64,000 bases of DNA. It comes from Candidatus Aenigmatarchaeota archaeon (GTDB lineage: Archaea; Aenigmatarchaeota; Aenigmatarchaeia; GW2011-AR5). Positions 26,317 to 35,319 of this stretch are shown here, piece after piece. The DNA lies in contig JACPJW010000001.1 of assembly GCA_016187335.1 (NCBI GenBank), forward strand, positions 96,001 through 160,000, given 5' to 3'. The notes under the pieces were generated by a model. That model made no database searches, had not been told where the DNA came from, and was given only the letters and a program-made list of their open reading frames with translations. The position numbers and the translations under genes were made by a program. Each line of letters begins with the position of its first letter. Position 1 is the stretch's first letter.

Positions 26317-27237
26317 CTATTCCAAAATCCTGACGTCATCCACGACGCCGTCGTAATCGCTGTCCAAGCCAAGGACAACGTGCGCGTTCTTTTTCTGTAT
26401 TTCATCGAAGCGCTTGAGAAGAGCAAGCACGGCCGCGCGCGTTCCTGAAAACCTTTTCCCGGCTATGAGCAGCAGCTTGCTTTTCCGGTTGAAAGGGTTG
26501 TCCGCCTTGACGATGATGCCGCACTCGTCGCTCCTATAAGTTTTTTTCGTGAGCGATGAGTAGATGTTCTTTTTTGCGTCGAACCGGACGGGCAGCTTGT
26601 CATTGACCGCCCTGGTTATCCTGTTTATGACGGGCCCGCCGATTATTATCAGGTTTTCTTTTACCTCATGCAATTCCGTGTCAAGAACAACAGAAGGCTC
26701 GCTTTTGTTAAGGAACGTTCCCAGAAACAGCGCAAGGTCTATGGCATAGGAAGCATCGCGTGAGCGGGCGCGCTCAGGGCCGTGAGGGTCAGGCGAGCCC
26801 ACGACGATCTTCGCATTGAAAACGCCTTCAGCAATGAAGGGTTCAAGGAATTTGTTGGCTGTTTTAGGAATTTTCTCCGTCTTCTCAAAGTCGCGGAATT
26901 TCAGGAAGAAAGAAGGCTTTGTCAAAACATAAATTTTTGCCAATGTTCCTCCTCTTTCCTCTTTCCTCAGGACCCTTATGATTCCTTGCTTCTCTAGGTT
27001 ATGTACATGGTAGTAAACCTTCTGCTCGTGCATGCGCAGTTGCGCAGCCATTTCCTTGGGGTACGAAGGTTTTTTCGCGAGGGAATGCAGGATCTTCATC
27101 GCCGTCTCAGAAAAATCGGCCTTGCCAAGCTCCGCCGAGGGCAGCGCCAGCACCCTGCCGTCTTTTTCTTCAACTACAAATGCCATTATAACCACAAGTC
27201 TCTTTTGATTGAACTTTGGAGCAGCAAAGTTCATCAC
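26317..27237 (-). CDS. ArsR-type HTH protein with a C-terminal S-layer-like domain (start may be ATG 27186)
   Basis: YPKEMA..L.MHEQKVYYH HTH; IVVGSPDPHG, NLIIIGGPVINRIT, AGKRFSGTRAA. Confidence 0.7.
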   Translation of the reverse strand: MMNFAAPKFNQKRLVVIMAFVVEEKDGRVLALPSAELGKADFSETAMKILHSLAKKPSYPKEMAAQLRMHEQKVYYHVHNLEKQGIIRVLRKEERGGTLAKIYVLTKPSFFLKFRDFEKTEKIPKTANKFLEPFIAEGVFNAKIVVGSPDPHGPERARSRDASYAIDLALFLGTFLNKSEPSVVLDTELHEVKENLIIIGGPVINRITRAVNDKLPVRFDAKKNIYSSLTKKTYRSDECGIIVKADNPFNRKSKLLLIAGKRFSGTRAAVLALLKRFDEIQKKNAHVVLGLDSDYDGVVDDVRILE

Positions 27238-27330
27238 ACTTCGTAATACTTTACATTATAAATTTTCTTATAATACATTTATAAATTTTTTAGCAAATCT
27301 ATTTAAAACATTCGTGCCCGTAGTCTTAGG

Positions 27331-28491
27331 ATGAAAGCCGTTATTCTTGCCGCAGGCAGAGGCACACGCTTCGAGCCTCTGACGCTCACGACGCCCAAGC
27401 CGCTTCTGGAAGTCGCCAACAAGCCTGTCCTTGAATGGAATCTGCAGCAGCTGAAAGGCGTTGCAAATGAAGTAGTCATAGTTGTCGGATACTTGGGAGA
27501 AAAAATAAAGGAAAGAATAGGCGATGAATATAACGGAATAAGAATCGAATACGCTGAGCAGAAAGAGCCTTTAGGGACGGGCCATGCCCTGGAAAGCGCC
27601 AAGCAGTTTCTGGACGGCCGCTTTATTGTCCTGAACGGCGACGACCTTTACCACAAGGATGACATAGAGGCGTGCGCGAAGCGCAAGTTTGCTGTTTTGG
27701 GAAAGGAAGTCAATAACGCCCGCGCCTTTGGTGTGATAAACGAAGAAGGCGGCAAATTGCTGTCGATAAAAGAAAAGCCCGACCAGGACGCCGGGCTTGC
27801 GAACACGGGTTTGTACGTTCTTGATGATTCTGTGTTTGATTTCCAGTTAAAAAAATCTTCCCGCGGCGAATACGAGATTATAGATTATGTCACGCATCTT
27901 GCTGATAATGGCGAAGTGCGTGCTGAAATTGTTAAAAAATTCTGGCAGCCGCTTACATATTCGTGGCATCTGCTGGACGCCAACGCCTTGTTGCTCAAAG
28001 AGCATGGAACGCAGATTGCCGATAATGCAGAAATCCGCTCCGGAGCGTACATAGAAGAGCCCGTGGCTATTGGTGCCGGCTCAATTGTCGGTCCCAACTG
28101 CGTTATCAGGAAGCACGTGTCAATAGGCAGCAACTGCTGGGTTGGCAGCACTGAAGTGAAAAACAGCATAATTATGAGCGGGACAAAGTCAAAGCATTTC
28201 GGCTACATCGGGGAATCTGTGGTAGGGCGCGGCTGCAACTTCGGCGGCGGCGTTGTTGTCGCTGACCTGCGCCTGGACGAGAAAAACGTTTTGGTCAGGA
28301 TCAAGGGCGAAAAAATCGATAGCGGTCGCCGGAAGCTTGGAGCCATCATAGGTGACAGCGTGAAGATAGGGGCAAACGTGACCATAATGCCCGGCAAGAA
28401 GATATGGCCCGGTATCATCGTGCCTCCTCTGATGGCCGTGAAAGAGGATATTGAAAAGCAGCCGGAACTGAAAATCAATCAAGAGGAATGA
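27331..28491 (+). CDS. glmU: Bifunctional sugar-1-phosphate nucleotidylyltransferase/acetyltransferase
   Basis: ILAAGRGTR...PKPLL, EQKEPLGTG, hexapeptide repeats; adjacent to glmS. Confidence 0.88.
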   Translation: MKAVILAAGRGTRFEPLTLTTPKPLLEVANKPVLEWNLQQLKGVANEVVIVVGYLGEKIKERIGDEYNGIRIEYAEQKEPLGTGHALESAKQFLDGRFIVLNGDDLYHKDDIEACAKRKFAVLGKEVNNARAFGVINEEGGKLLSIKEKPDQDAGLANTGLYVLDDSVFDFQLKKSSRGEYEIIDYVTHLADNGEVRAEIVKKFWQPLTYSWHLLDANALLLKEHGTQIADNAEIRSGAYIEEPVAIGAGSIVGPNCVIRKHVSIGSNCWVGSTEVKNSIIMSGTKSKHFGYIGESVVGRGCNFGGGVVVADLRLDEKNVLVRIKGEKIDSGRRKLGAIIGDSVKIGANVTIMPGKKIWPGIIVPPLMAVKEDIEKQPELKINQEE

Positions 28492-28499
28492 AAGTATGT

Positions 28500-28546
28500 G
28501 TGAAAAACGGAGTTTTTCAACATCCAAAATCAACGGAGTTGATTTT
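28500..28546. repeat. Two small GGA-triloop hairpins between glmU and glmS
   Basis: TGAAAAAC-GGA-GTTTTTCA and AAAATCAAC-GGA-GTTGATTTT. Confidence 0.65.
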
Positions 28547-28549
28547 TAG

Positions 28550-30268
28550 ATGTGCGGGATAATAGGAATTGTTTCAAAGAATCTATTTTCATCAGAAGAT
28601 TTATTGCGCGCCTTGAAGCGATTGGAGTACCGCGGTTATGATTCTTTCGGCTATGCGACAAATTCCGGAATACTTGAGAAAGACATCGGTGAAATTCGGC
28701 TCCTTTCTTCCAATGAATGCACGACAGCAATTGGGCATACGCGCTGGGCCACCCATGGAGGCGTTACAAAATTAAATGCCCACCCGCATGCTGACTGCAA
28801 AAATGAAATATTCATAGTCCACAACGGCATAATCGAGAATTACCTCGAATTGAAGGAAAAGCTTCGCGGCCACGTTTTCAGGAGCGAAACTGATTCAGAA
28901 GTCATAGCACATTATCTGGAAGAGAAATTGAAAACAAAGCCGATGCGTGAAGCGATTATTGACTTCATTAATGAAGCTGAAGGCACCTTCGCAGTTGTTG
29001 TTTTGCAAAAAAGTGGGCAGCAATTATACGCCTTCAAGCGCGATTCGCCGCTTGTCCTTGGATTGGCGGGGGATGCCAATATTTTTGCCAGCGACATTTA
29101 TGCATTCAGCGACAAAACAAACAAGGCCGTGTTTTTCGAAGACGACGAGTTTGCAGAAGTAAGCGACAGCAGCTATGCGTTTTACAACAAATCCGGGAAC
29201 ATGCTTGACAAAAAAATTTATGAATTCGAGTGGAAAGAAGAAGAATCTGAAATGAAATTTGACCACTACATGCTCAAGGAAATTTATGAGCAGCCTGCTG
29301 TCGCTGAAAGGCTCATAAATTCGCTGCGGACGGTTCAGGCAGACAAACTGGAAAATCTTGTCTCTCTGATAAAAAATTCGAGGCGCATTATTTTCATTGC
29401 TGTAGGAACATCTTACCACGCTTCGCTTCTCGGCGTTTACTTCCTGCACAAAGCGGGCGTTGAGGCGCAGACAATCATTGCTTCTGAATTCAAGGATTAC
29501 GCCAACGTTGATGAAAACACTCTTGTAATAGCAATAACCCAGAGCGGCGAGACCATGGATCTCATAGATGCGGTAAAGCACGCGAAGCGGAAAGGCGCAA
29601 AGATAGCTTCTTTGGTCAATGTTCCCTACTCCACGGTGCAGCGTCTTAGCGATTTGTCCCTGCAGATAGAAGCCGGCCAGGAGATATGCGTCGCGGCCAC
29701 GAAATCATTCATGAATCAGGTAATTCTTCTCTTATCTCTTGCTAGGGAGTTCGGCTACGATGTCAATCCTGAAAAAATATCTGAAGTCATGCGTTCAGTC
29801 TTTGGCAAAGAGGAAAAAATAAAATCTATAGCAAGATCGCTTTCAGCCAGCAAGGATCTCTATATCATCGGCCGGGGACTGTCCTATCCTGTATCAAGGG
29901 AGATTGCATTAAAGCTCAAGGAAATCTCCTACGTACACGCCGAGGGCATGATGGGCGGCGAGCTGAAGCACGGCACGCTGGCATTGATTGAGGAAGGAAC
30001 GCCTGTTATTGCTCTGATTAATGGTAATCCGCATATAATTTCTAACGCAATGGAAGTTAAGGCGCGCGGCGGAAGGATTATTGCAGTAACAAACCAAAAA
30101 AACCTTTCCGTAGCCAAGGATCTGATAGAAATTGATGCGGACAATGACGCGGCCTTTGCAATAGCAGCGATAATTGCAGGGCAACTACTGACTTATTATA
30201 TTGCCAAAGAAAAGGACCTGCCGATTGACAAGCCACGAAACCTAGCGAAGTCGGTCACAGTCAAGTAA
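28550..30268 (+). CDS. glmS: Glutamine-fructose-6-phosphate aminotransferase
   Basis: N-terminal MCGI, GHTRWATHG, TQSGET, PRNLAKSVTV. Confidence 0.97.
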   Translation: MCGIIGIVSKNLFSSEDLLRALKRLEYRGYDSFGYATNSGILEKDIGEIRLLSSNECTTAIGHTRWATHGGVTKLNAHPHADCKNEIFIVHNGIIENYLELKEKLRGHVFRSETDSEVIAHYLEEKLKTKPMREAIIDFINEAEGTFAVVVLQKSGQQLYAFKRDSPLVLGLAGDANIFASDIYAFSDKTNKAVFFEDDEFAEVSDSSYAFYNKSGNMLDKKIYEFEWKEEESEMKFDHYMLKEIYEQPAVAERLINSLRTVQADKLENLVSLIKNSRRIIFIAVGTSYHASLLGVYFLHKAGVEAQTIIASEFKDYANVDENTLVIAITQSGETMDLIDAVKHAKRKGAKIASLVNVPYSTVQRLSDLSLQIEAGQEICVAATKSFMNQVILLLSLAREFGYDVNPEKISEVMRSVFGKEEKIKSIARSLSASKDLYIIGRGLSYPVSREIALKLKEISYVHAEGMMGGELKHGTLALIEEGTPVIALINGNPHIISNAMEVKARGGRIIAVTNQKNLSVAKDLIEIDADNDAAFAIAAIIAGQLLTYYIAKEKDLPIDKPRNLAKSVTVK

Positions 30269-31921
30269 TTATTTCTTCCGTCCCTGCATCCTGAAAAATT
30301 TCTCTATGTCCGCGACTGTATTGGCATCCTTCGGTCCCTTGTCTTCCTTTTCCCTTATCCTCAGAAGCCTCGGAAACCGCAGCGCATATCCTGACGGATA
30401 TTTCGGCGAGCGCTGGATTTCCTCATAGCCGACCTCGACCACAATTTCCGGTTTCACTTTTACTATCTTTCCGTGCTCTTCCGTGATGAGCGGCTTCAGT
30501 TTCTTGGTCAGGTCTTCCATCTGCTGTTCCGTCAGGCCCGAAGCCATCCTGCCCGTTTCAACAAATTCATTGCCGTGCCGCGCTGCCAGAATCAGCGAGC
30601 CGATCCACCTTGCCCTCTTGCCCTCGCCCCACTCGCCCCCGACAACAACCAGATCCAGAGGCTCCAGGATTTCTTTGACCTTTAGCCAGAACCCGACCCG
30701 CTTGCCCGGCTGGTAGTGCGCGTCAAGGTTCTTCACGATAACGCCTTCCTGTTGCATCGCCAGCGAGCGTTTGTAGAATTTCTCCGCTTCCTCGTAGCTT
30801 TTCGGCTCGATGTGGTCGGCAAGGCGGAAATGGTCCGTTTCTTTTATTATTTTCTTCAGCGCGTTCCATCTATCGCTCAGCGGCTTGTTCATGTAAGAAA
30901 CGCCGTTAAGGTATAGGAGTTCAAAAAGATTTATCTGGACAGGTATTTCCTTGACCGTTTTTTCTATGTCGTACTTTCTTTGTATTCTCCTGGACAAAAC
31001 CTGGAACGGCAGCGGCTTCAGGTTTTTGTCAACAGCCAAAGCTTCTCCTTCAATGATGCATTCCTTTGCTTTGATATTTTCCCTTGCCCACTTAGCAATG
31101 TCCGGGAACTGGTTCGTAACATCTTCCATGCGGCGCGAGAATATTTTTATTTTATTTCCTGATTTATGCCCCTGAATCCGGAAGCCGTCGTATTTCCATT
31201 CGGCTGCGGCTTTCTCAAACTCGTCTAAAGCTTCTTTTAATCCCGGCGACCTGTCAGCAAGCATCACGCGGACAGGCATTCCTACGGTTATTTCGGCGTG
31301 CAGCTTGCCCTCGGCAGCGAGCTGCGCGACACGCCCGTAGTCGCCGATGACGTCAAAGCATTTTTCTATGTCCTCTGAATTTTGCTCAAATGCCTTTGCT
31401 AATGCGTCCCTCACCAAACCTGCGGCAACGCCCACGCGCATCTCGCCCAGAACCGTCCTCATTATATAGCGCGCTTCTTTCGGGCTGGCTGATGAGAGCA
31501 GCTCGGCAATCAGCAATATTTTTTTATCCTGCGAACCCGTTCCGGATATTTCAGGCAATTTGCGCAGGTTCTCGAAAACCTTCTCCACGGTCAGGTCTTT
31601 TCTGCCGAGCGTTTCCTGCTTTTTGTTTTTCAGCAGCTGTTCAGCAGCAAGACCCAGGTCGCCGGTTTCCTTGAATTTTTTCGTGACATCGGCTTCGCCC
31701 GCGCCGGTTACCTTTGCAATAACGCGCTTTATCGTCTCCTCGGCAATGCCTAGTTCAAGTCCCCCTGCGGAAAACACAGCGCCCATTGAAAGCAGCGTTA
31801 CCCTGTAAAGGTCATCCTCTTCGCAGTCCCTGTAAAGCCCGGCAAGAATATCCCTTTTCTCCAGCTTCTTTGTAGTTTTTTCCAGCTTTTCATAGCATTC
31901 CACAAGCTTCGCGTAGCGCAT
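30269..31921 (-). CDS. lig: ATP-dependent DNA ligase
   Basis: EWKYDGFR motif I, EGVIVK, WLKVK, ALRFPR. Confidence 0.97.
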   Translation of the reverse strand: MRYAKLVECYEKLEKTTKKLEKRDILAGLYRDCEEDDLYRVTLLSMGAVFSAGGLELGIAEETIKRVIAKVTGAGEADVTKKFKETGDLGLAAEQLLKNKKQETLGRKDLTVEKVFENLRKLPEISGTGSQDKKILLIAELLSSASPKEARYIMRTVLGEMRVGVAAGLVRDALAKAFEQNSEDIEKCFDVIGDYGRVAQLAAEGKLHAEITVGMPVRVMLADRSPGLKEALDEFEKAAAEWKYDGFRIQGHKSGNKIKIFSRRMEDVTNQFPDIAKWARENIKAKECIIEGEALAVDKNLKPLPFQVLSRRIQRKYDIEKTVKEIPVQINLFELLYLNGVSYMNKPLSDRWNALKKIIKETDHFRLADHIEPKSYEEAEKFYKRSLAMQQEGVIVKNLDAHYQPGKRVGFWLKVKEILEPLDLVVVGGEWGEGKRARWIGSLILAARHGNEFVETGRMASGLTEQQMEDLTKKLKPLITEEHGKIVKVKPEIVVEVGYEEIQRSPKYPSGYALRFPRLLRIREKEDKGPKDANTVADIEKFFRMQGRKK

Positions 31922-31965
31922 GAATTAAATTGCAGGGGAAGGTTAAAATTGTTATAACATGCTCT

Positions 31966-32251
31966 AATATGAACCCACGACTTTAGTCGTGGGTTTTATG
32001 TGCATCTTCAAAGAGCAAAGCTCTTTGAGATCTCAAAAACCTCTGGTTTTTGAAGATGTTATCCAGAATACGTTGTGTTTCATCTGCTGTCTGAAGACAG
32101 CAGTTTTCAACGTATTCTCGGATAAACATAATCCACCGACTAAAGTCGGTGGTATTTCGGAGAAATACCACATATCTTATTAGTGGATTATGTTATACAG
32201 AACATACCACTTTAATACCACCATCTAAAGATAGGTGGTATGTTCTTGTAT
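31966..32251. repeat. Chain of five simple or branched palindromes (REP/MITE-like)
   Basis: AACCCACGAC-TTTA-GTCGTGGGTT; CATCTTCAAA..TTTGAAGATG; TTATCC..GGATAA; ACATAATCCAC..GTGGATTATGT; TACAGAACATACC..GGTATGTTCTTGTA. Confidence 0.85.
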
Positions 32252-32353
32252 CAAAATGAAGGGGGTGTCAGATTTTCTTAATGAAACCGGAAAGCATTTT
32301 CCGTCTTAATTAAAGCCTTTTAAAAGTTCTTCTCAATTATTGATGCTGATATT

Positions 32354-32899
32354 ATGGCCTTGAAAAAGCAGTGGTACGAAATAACCGCCCCGAAGATGTT
32401 CGGCGAGCGGGTTGTCGGGGAAACTTTAGCCGTTGACCCCAAGCAGCTTGTGGGCAGGAAAGTACAGGTAAGCATAGTGGAAGTGAGCAAGGATTTTTCC
32501 CGCTTTTTTGTAAAACTGAACTTTAAAATCACGGACGTCAGCGGCACGAGAGCCGCCACAAAGCTTGTGGGCCACGACGTGATGAGCGAGCGCATCTACA
32601 GGATGGTCCAGCGCTACGTGCGCAGGGTTGACGTTATACAGGATGTTGTCACAAAGGACGGCGTGAAAGTCCGCGTCAAGACGGTGTTCACGCTTGCAAG
32701 GCGCGTCAACAGCGCCCTGAAAACAGCCGCAAGAAAGGTTGCTTTTGACTTTATTGAAAAAACCGCCACGGCAATGAATTTCGACGACCTGATGCAGTCG
32801 GTGATCAAGGGCGACATCCAGCACAGGCTCCGCAGGGAATGCTCAAAGGTTTATCCCGTAGCCAATGTGGAAATCCGCAAAACGGAAGTTATGGGGTAA
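32354..32899 (+). CDS. rps3ae: Ribosomal protein S3Ae (eS1)
   Basis: KKQWYEITAPKMFG...GR...KIYP-like VYPVANVEIRK. Confidence 0.95.
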   Translation: MALKKQWYEITAPKMFGERVVGETLAVDPKQLVGRKVQVSIVEVSKDFSRFFVKLNFKITDVSGTRAATKLVGHDVMSERIYRMVQRYVRRVDVIQDVVTKDGVKVRVKTVFTLARRVNSALKTAARKVAFDFIEKTATAMNFDDLMQSVIKGDIQHRLRRECSKVYPVANVEIRKTEVMG

Positions 32900-32900
32900 A

Positions 32901-33575
32901 CTAAACAAAATTGCAGAGAAAAGAAATAACTGAAGGATCGAAATGTTCCCGATCGATGTGACCGTAATAACCCACTAGCTTCTTTGCTGTTTTCAGATTT
33001 CTGAATTTTTCAAGCGCCTTTTCGCGTTCTTGGCGGACATATTGCGGCGATACCCCCAGTAATTTTCCTACTTGGCTGAGACTCCTTGGTGTATCCCCGC
33101 CGAACCCGTAAATTAATTTAATAATCTGTCTCTGCTTGGGTGTAACGATAGAAAGAGCTTCGTGCATAACAGTGACAAGATCTTCCCTTGCAACGTGATC
33201 CACAAGTTCCTCTTCATACCATACAAATTCTGAATGTGTTCCCATAACATCGCGGAAAGGCACTTCTTGGACTGTTTTGTCAGGCCGGGAAACAAATTCC
33301 TTTAGATATAGAGGAAAAGTATTTTCCGGTTCAAGTGGTACGCCCCTTCCTGAGTAGAATTTGCATATGTTCTCCTGAATGTGACGGGGAGGATATGTTC
33401 TTATGGTTTCAATCTGACTGAAATAACATACACTGATGCCTGCTCCTCGTGCGACATCTTTTTGGAGCAGCCCCAAGTCCTTTCTTGCTCTTACCAGAAC
33501 ATCGTTTCTTAACGTCGTATTTCCGCGTTGCCTGTGAAGACCATTAGAAACGGGATAAACCATCATGCCAATCAA
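32901..33575 (-). CDS. Xre-type HTH fused to a sigma-70 region 4-like domain
   Basis: N-terminal RARKDLGLLQKDVARGAGISVCYFSQIE; C-terminal TPKQRQIIKLIYGF...PRSLSQVGKLLGVS.QYVRQ..EKALEKFR. Confidence 0.75.
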   Translation of the reverse strand: MIGMMVYPVSNGLHRQRGNTTLRNDVLVRARKDLGLLQKDVARGAGISVCYFSQIETIRTYPPRHIQENICKFYSGRGVPLEPENTFPLYLKEFVSRPDKTVQEVPFRDVMGTHSEFVWYEEELVDHVAREDLVTVMHEALSIVTPKQRQIIKLIYGFGGDTPRSLSQVGKLLGVSPQYVRQEREKALEKFRNLKTAKKLVGYYGHIDREHFDPSVISFLCNFV

Positions 33576-33635
33576 ATTCTGTATAGAAAATCTTTAATTA
33601 TCTTAAGCTTTCTTTCGGCTTCTTGTGAAAATTTC

Positions 33636-33893
33636 TTACTGCCTTATCATCTCGTATATTTCTCCCGGTCTCGCCAGGACAAGATTTCCGGCTGGAATTG
33701 CCCTGCCAGAAATTTCATAATCTTCTTGCAGTCTTACAACAACCCATGTTTCTGTGGGCCCCCATTCAACGCTTACCATTGCATGAGCCTTTCTTTCATC
33801 CTCCATCCCCCTGTAAAATAATCGGGCTCCCCGCTTTAGGTTTGGAAAACCTTCATACCCGACGGGAACGAAAATGCTTCCAAGTTCTTGCAT
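33636..33893 (-). CDS. Hypothetical protein (ORFan)
   Basis: 85 aa with AGGTGA SD. Confidence 0.5.
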   Translation of the reverse strand: MQELGSIFVPVGYEGFPNLKRGARLFYRGMEDERKAHAMVSVEWGPTETWVVVRLQEDYEISGRAIPAGNLVLARPGEIYEMIRQ

Positions 33894-33897
33894 TTAT

Positions 33898-34299
33898 TCA
33901 CCTTTCCTCTTCCTTCATGACTTCCTTTATTTCTTCTATATCCTTCTCTATTTTCTTTATCAGCCTTTTTTCGCCGTTTTCCTTGGGGGGCGTTGCTGCT
34001 TCTTCCTCTTTCATGGCATCCTTGATTTCCTTGACTTCCTCCTTTATTTCCTTGACGTCTTCCTCCCCGTGGCTTCCCCACGGCTCTTCCGTCCTGTCAA
34101 TGGCAGCGTTCGTGCCCGCGGAAATCCACATCAGGCCGGCTATGGCAAAAAGCGAGAAGGAAAGCAGTATTGCCAGCGTGAACGACGCCTCCGTGGTGCC
34201 CTCTACCCATCGCAGGTTCCCGGCTATGATAGCGCCTATGAAAAAGAACACTGCCCCCAGAATCCACAGGCCGTGAACGTAAAAATCAAAGCGGGGCAT
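33898..34299 (-). CDS. Small two-TM membrane protein with a charged tail
   Basis: Two hydrophobic helices followed by an E/K-rich coil; host-like codon usage. Confidence 0.7.
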   Translation of the reverse strand: MPRFDFYVHGLWILGAVFFFIGAIIAGNLRWVEGTTEASFTLAILLSFSLFAIAGLMWISAGTNAAIDRTEEPWGSHGEEDVKEIKEEVKEIKDAMKEEEAATPPKENGEKRLIKKIEKDIEEIKEVMKEEER

Positions 34300-34317
34300 G
34301 ATTATCTACCATTCATT

Positions 34318-34662
34318 TTAAGGCATCTTTAGAAGTTCTTGATCAATGTCATCAATGCGTCCTAATGTACCACGAGTCAGCACGAAGCCCAGCGCCGCGC
34401 CCGCGGCTGTACCTGTTGCGAGAGAGCGCCGGCGCTCGCCCGTCGAATCATGATGCAGATAGTCTTTCGCTTTGTCTACGAGTTCCCTAGCCACGCGGTA
34501 CAATAAGGTAGCCGCTGCCGCGCAAACAATCCCGTCTGCCGTGTAATGTCCCGCTCCTGTTCTCGGTTTTCCTCTCGGTTGCGTGCCATCAGGCAGAGGC
34601 CTGACGAGCCTCAGGTGTGGATGAGATCCTCTCGCGGATACCGGATTTCTTTGATAATGCAT
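34318..34662 (-). CDS. Hypothetical protein (ORFan)
   Basis: 114 aa with two moderately hydrophobic segments. Confidence 0.45.
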   Translation of the reverse strand: MHYQRNPVSARGSHPHLRLVRPLPDGTQPRGKPRTGAGHYTADGIVCAAAATLLYRVARELVDKAKDYLHHDSTGERRRSLATGTAAGAALGFVLTRGTLGRIDDIDQELLKMP

Positions 34663-34666
34663 TGTT

Positions 34667-34897
34667 TCACCTTTGATACATTGCTGGCGTGATTCCGAGA
34701 GCCCTGTACATTTCTGCTGTCCTTTGGCGCTCCTCTATTTCTAGTCTCATTTCGCTGACTGCTCCCTCAATGTCGAAATCAGCACGTGAGAGATAATCTC
34801 CCATCCGGACTGCAGCCGTGGCTCCTATAGCGGTGATTGCGACTAACGCAGCAGCCTTTTGCAGTAAACGCATTAAACCACTTGTAATTACTAACAA
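34667..34897 (-). CDS. Hypothetical protein with N-terminal signal/TM segment (ORFan)
   Basis: Basic N-terminus followed by an Ala-rich hydrophobic stretch. Confidence 0.45.
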   Translation of the reverse strand: MLVITSGLMRLLQKAAALVAITAIGATAAVRMGDYLSRADFDIEGAVSEMRLEIEERQRTAEMYRALGITPAMYQR

Positions 34898-34935
34898 GTG
34901 AAAGGTTTAAAAGGTTATTTTTTTACATAGCTGTT

Positions 34936-35319
34936 ATGACGGAATTCGTTCTCGTTCATGACGGAATAGAACTAGAAAGCCGGGAACGCCTGAACAGACG
35001 CGGCATCAAGACTTATTGGAGGCAACACCCTCTCTTTGGATCCTCCATATTCAGCCTCTTCCCGTGGCGCGACAGCGTGTACAAGCGCGCGATTATCGTT
35101 GATGGGTCTAATCCAGAAAGCTACTTGAGGGAATTGATCGTAATAAGGTTTGTTCTCGAGCAAGGCGGCTGCGACGTATTAAACTTCCGCGAGCCTGCAC
35201 GAGCTCTTGCTGCATATGGTCCTGATACTGACCTGGTCGTAGCCTATTACCACATTAACAAGAATTCGACTGGTATCGGTACGATAGAAGAAATGATGGA
35301 AAAGGCGAAGCGGTCTTGA
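34936..35319 (+). CDS. Hypothetical protein (ORFan)
   Basis: 127-aa ORF; no motif recognised. Confidence 0.5.
   Translation: MTEFVLVHDGIELESRERLNRRGIKTYWRQHPLFGSSIFSLFPWRDSVYKRAIIVDGSNPESYLRELIVIRFVLEQGGCDVLNFREPARALAAYGPDTDLVVAYYHINKNSTGIGTIEEMMEKAKRS

Noticed and set aside
32901-35319. Provirus or integrated plasmid
   Set aside because: No integrase, capsid, terminase or replication gene and no flanking att repeats were found.
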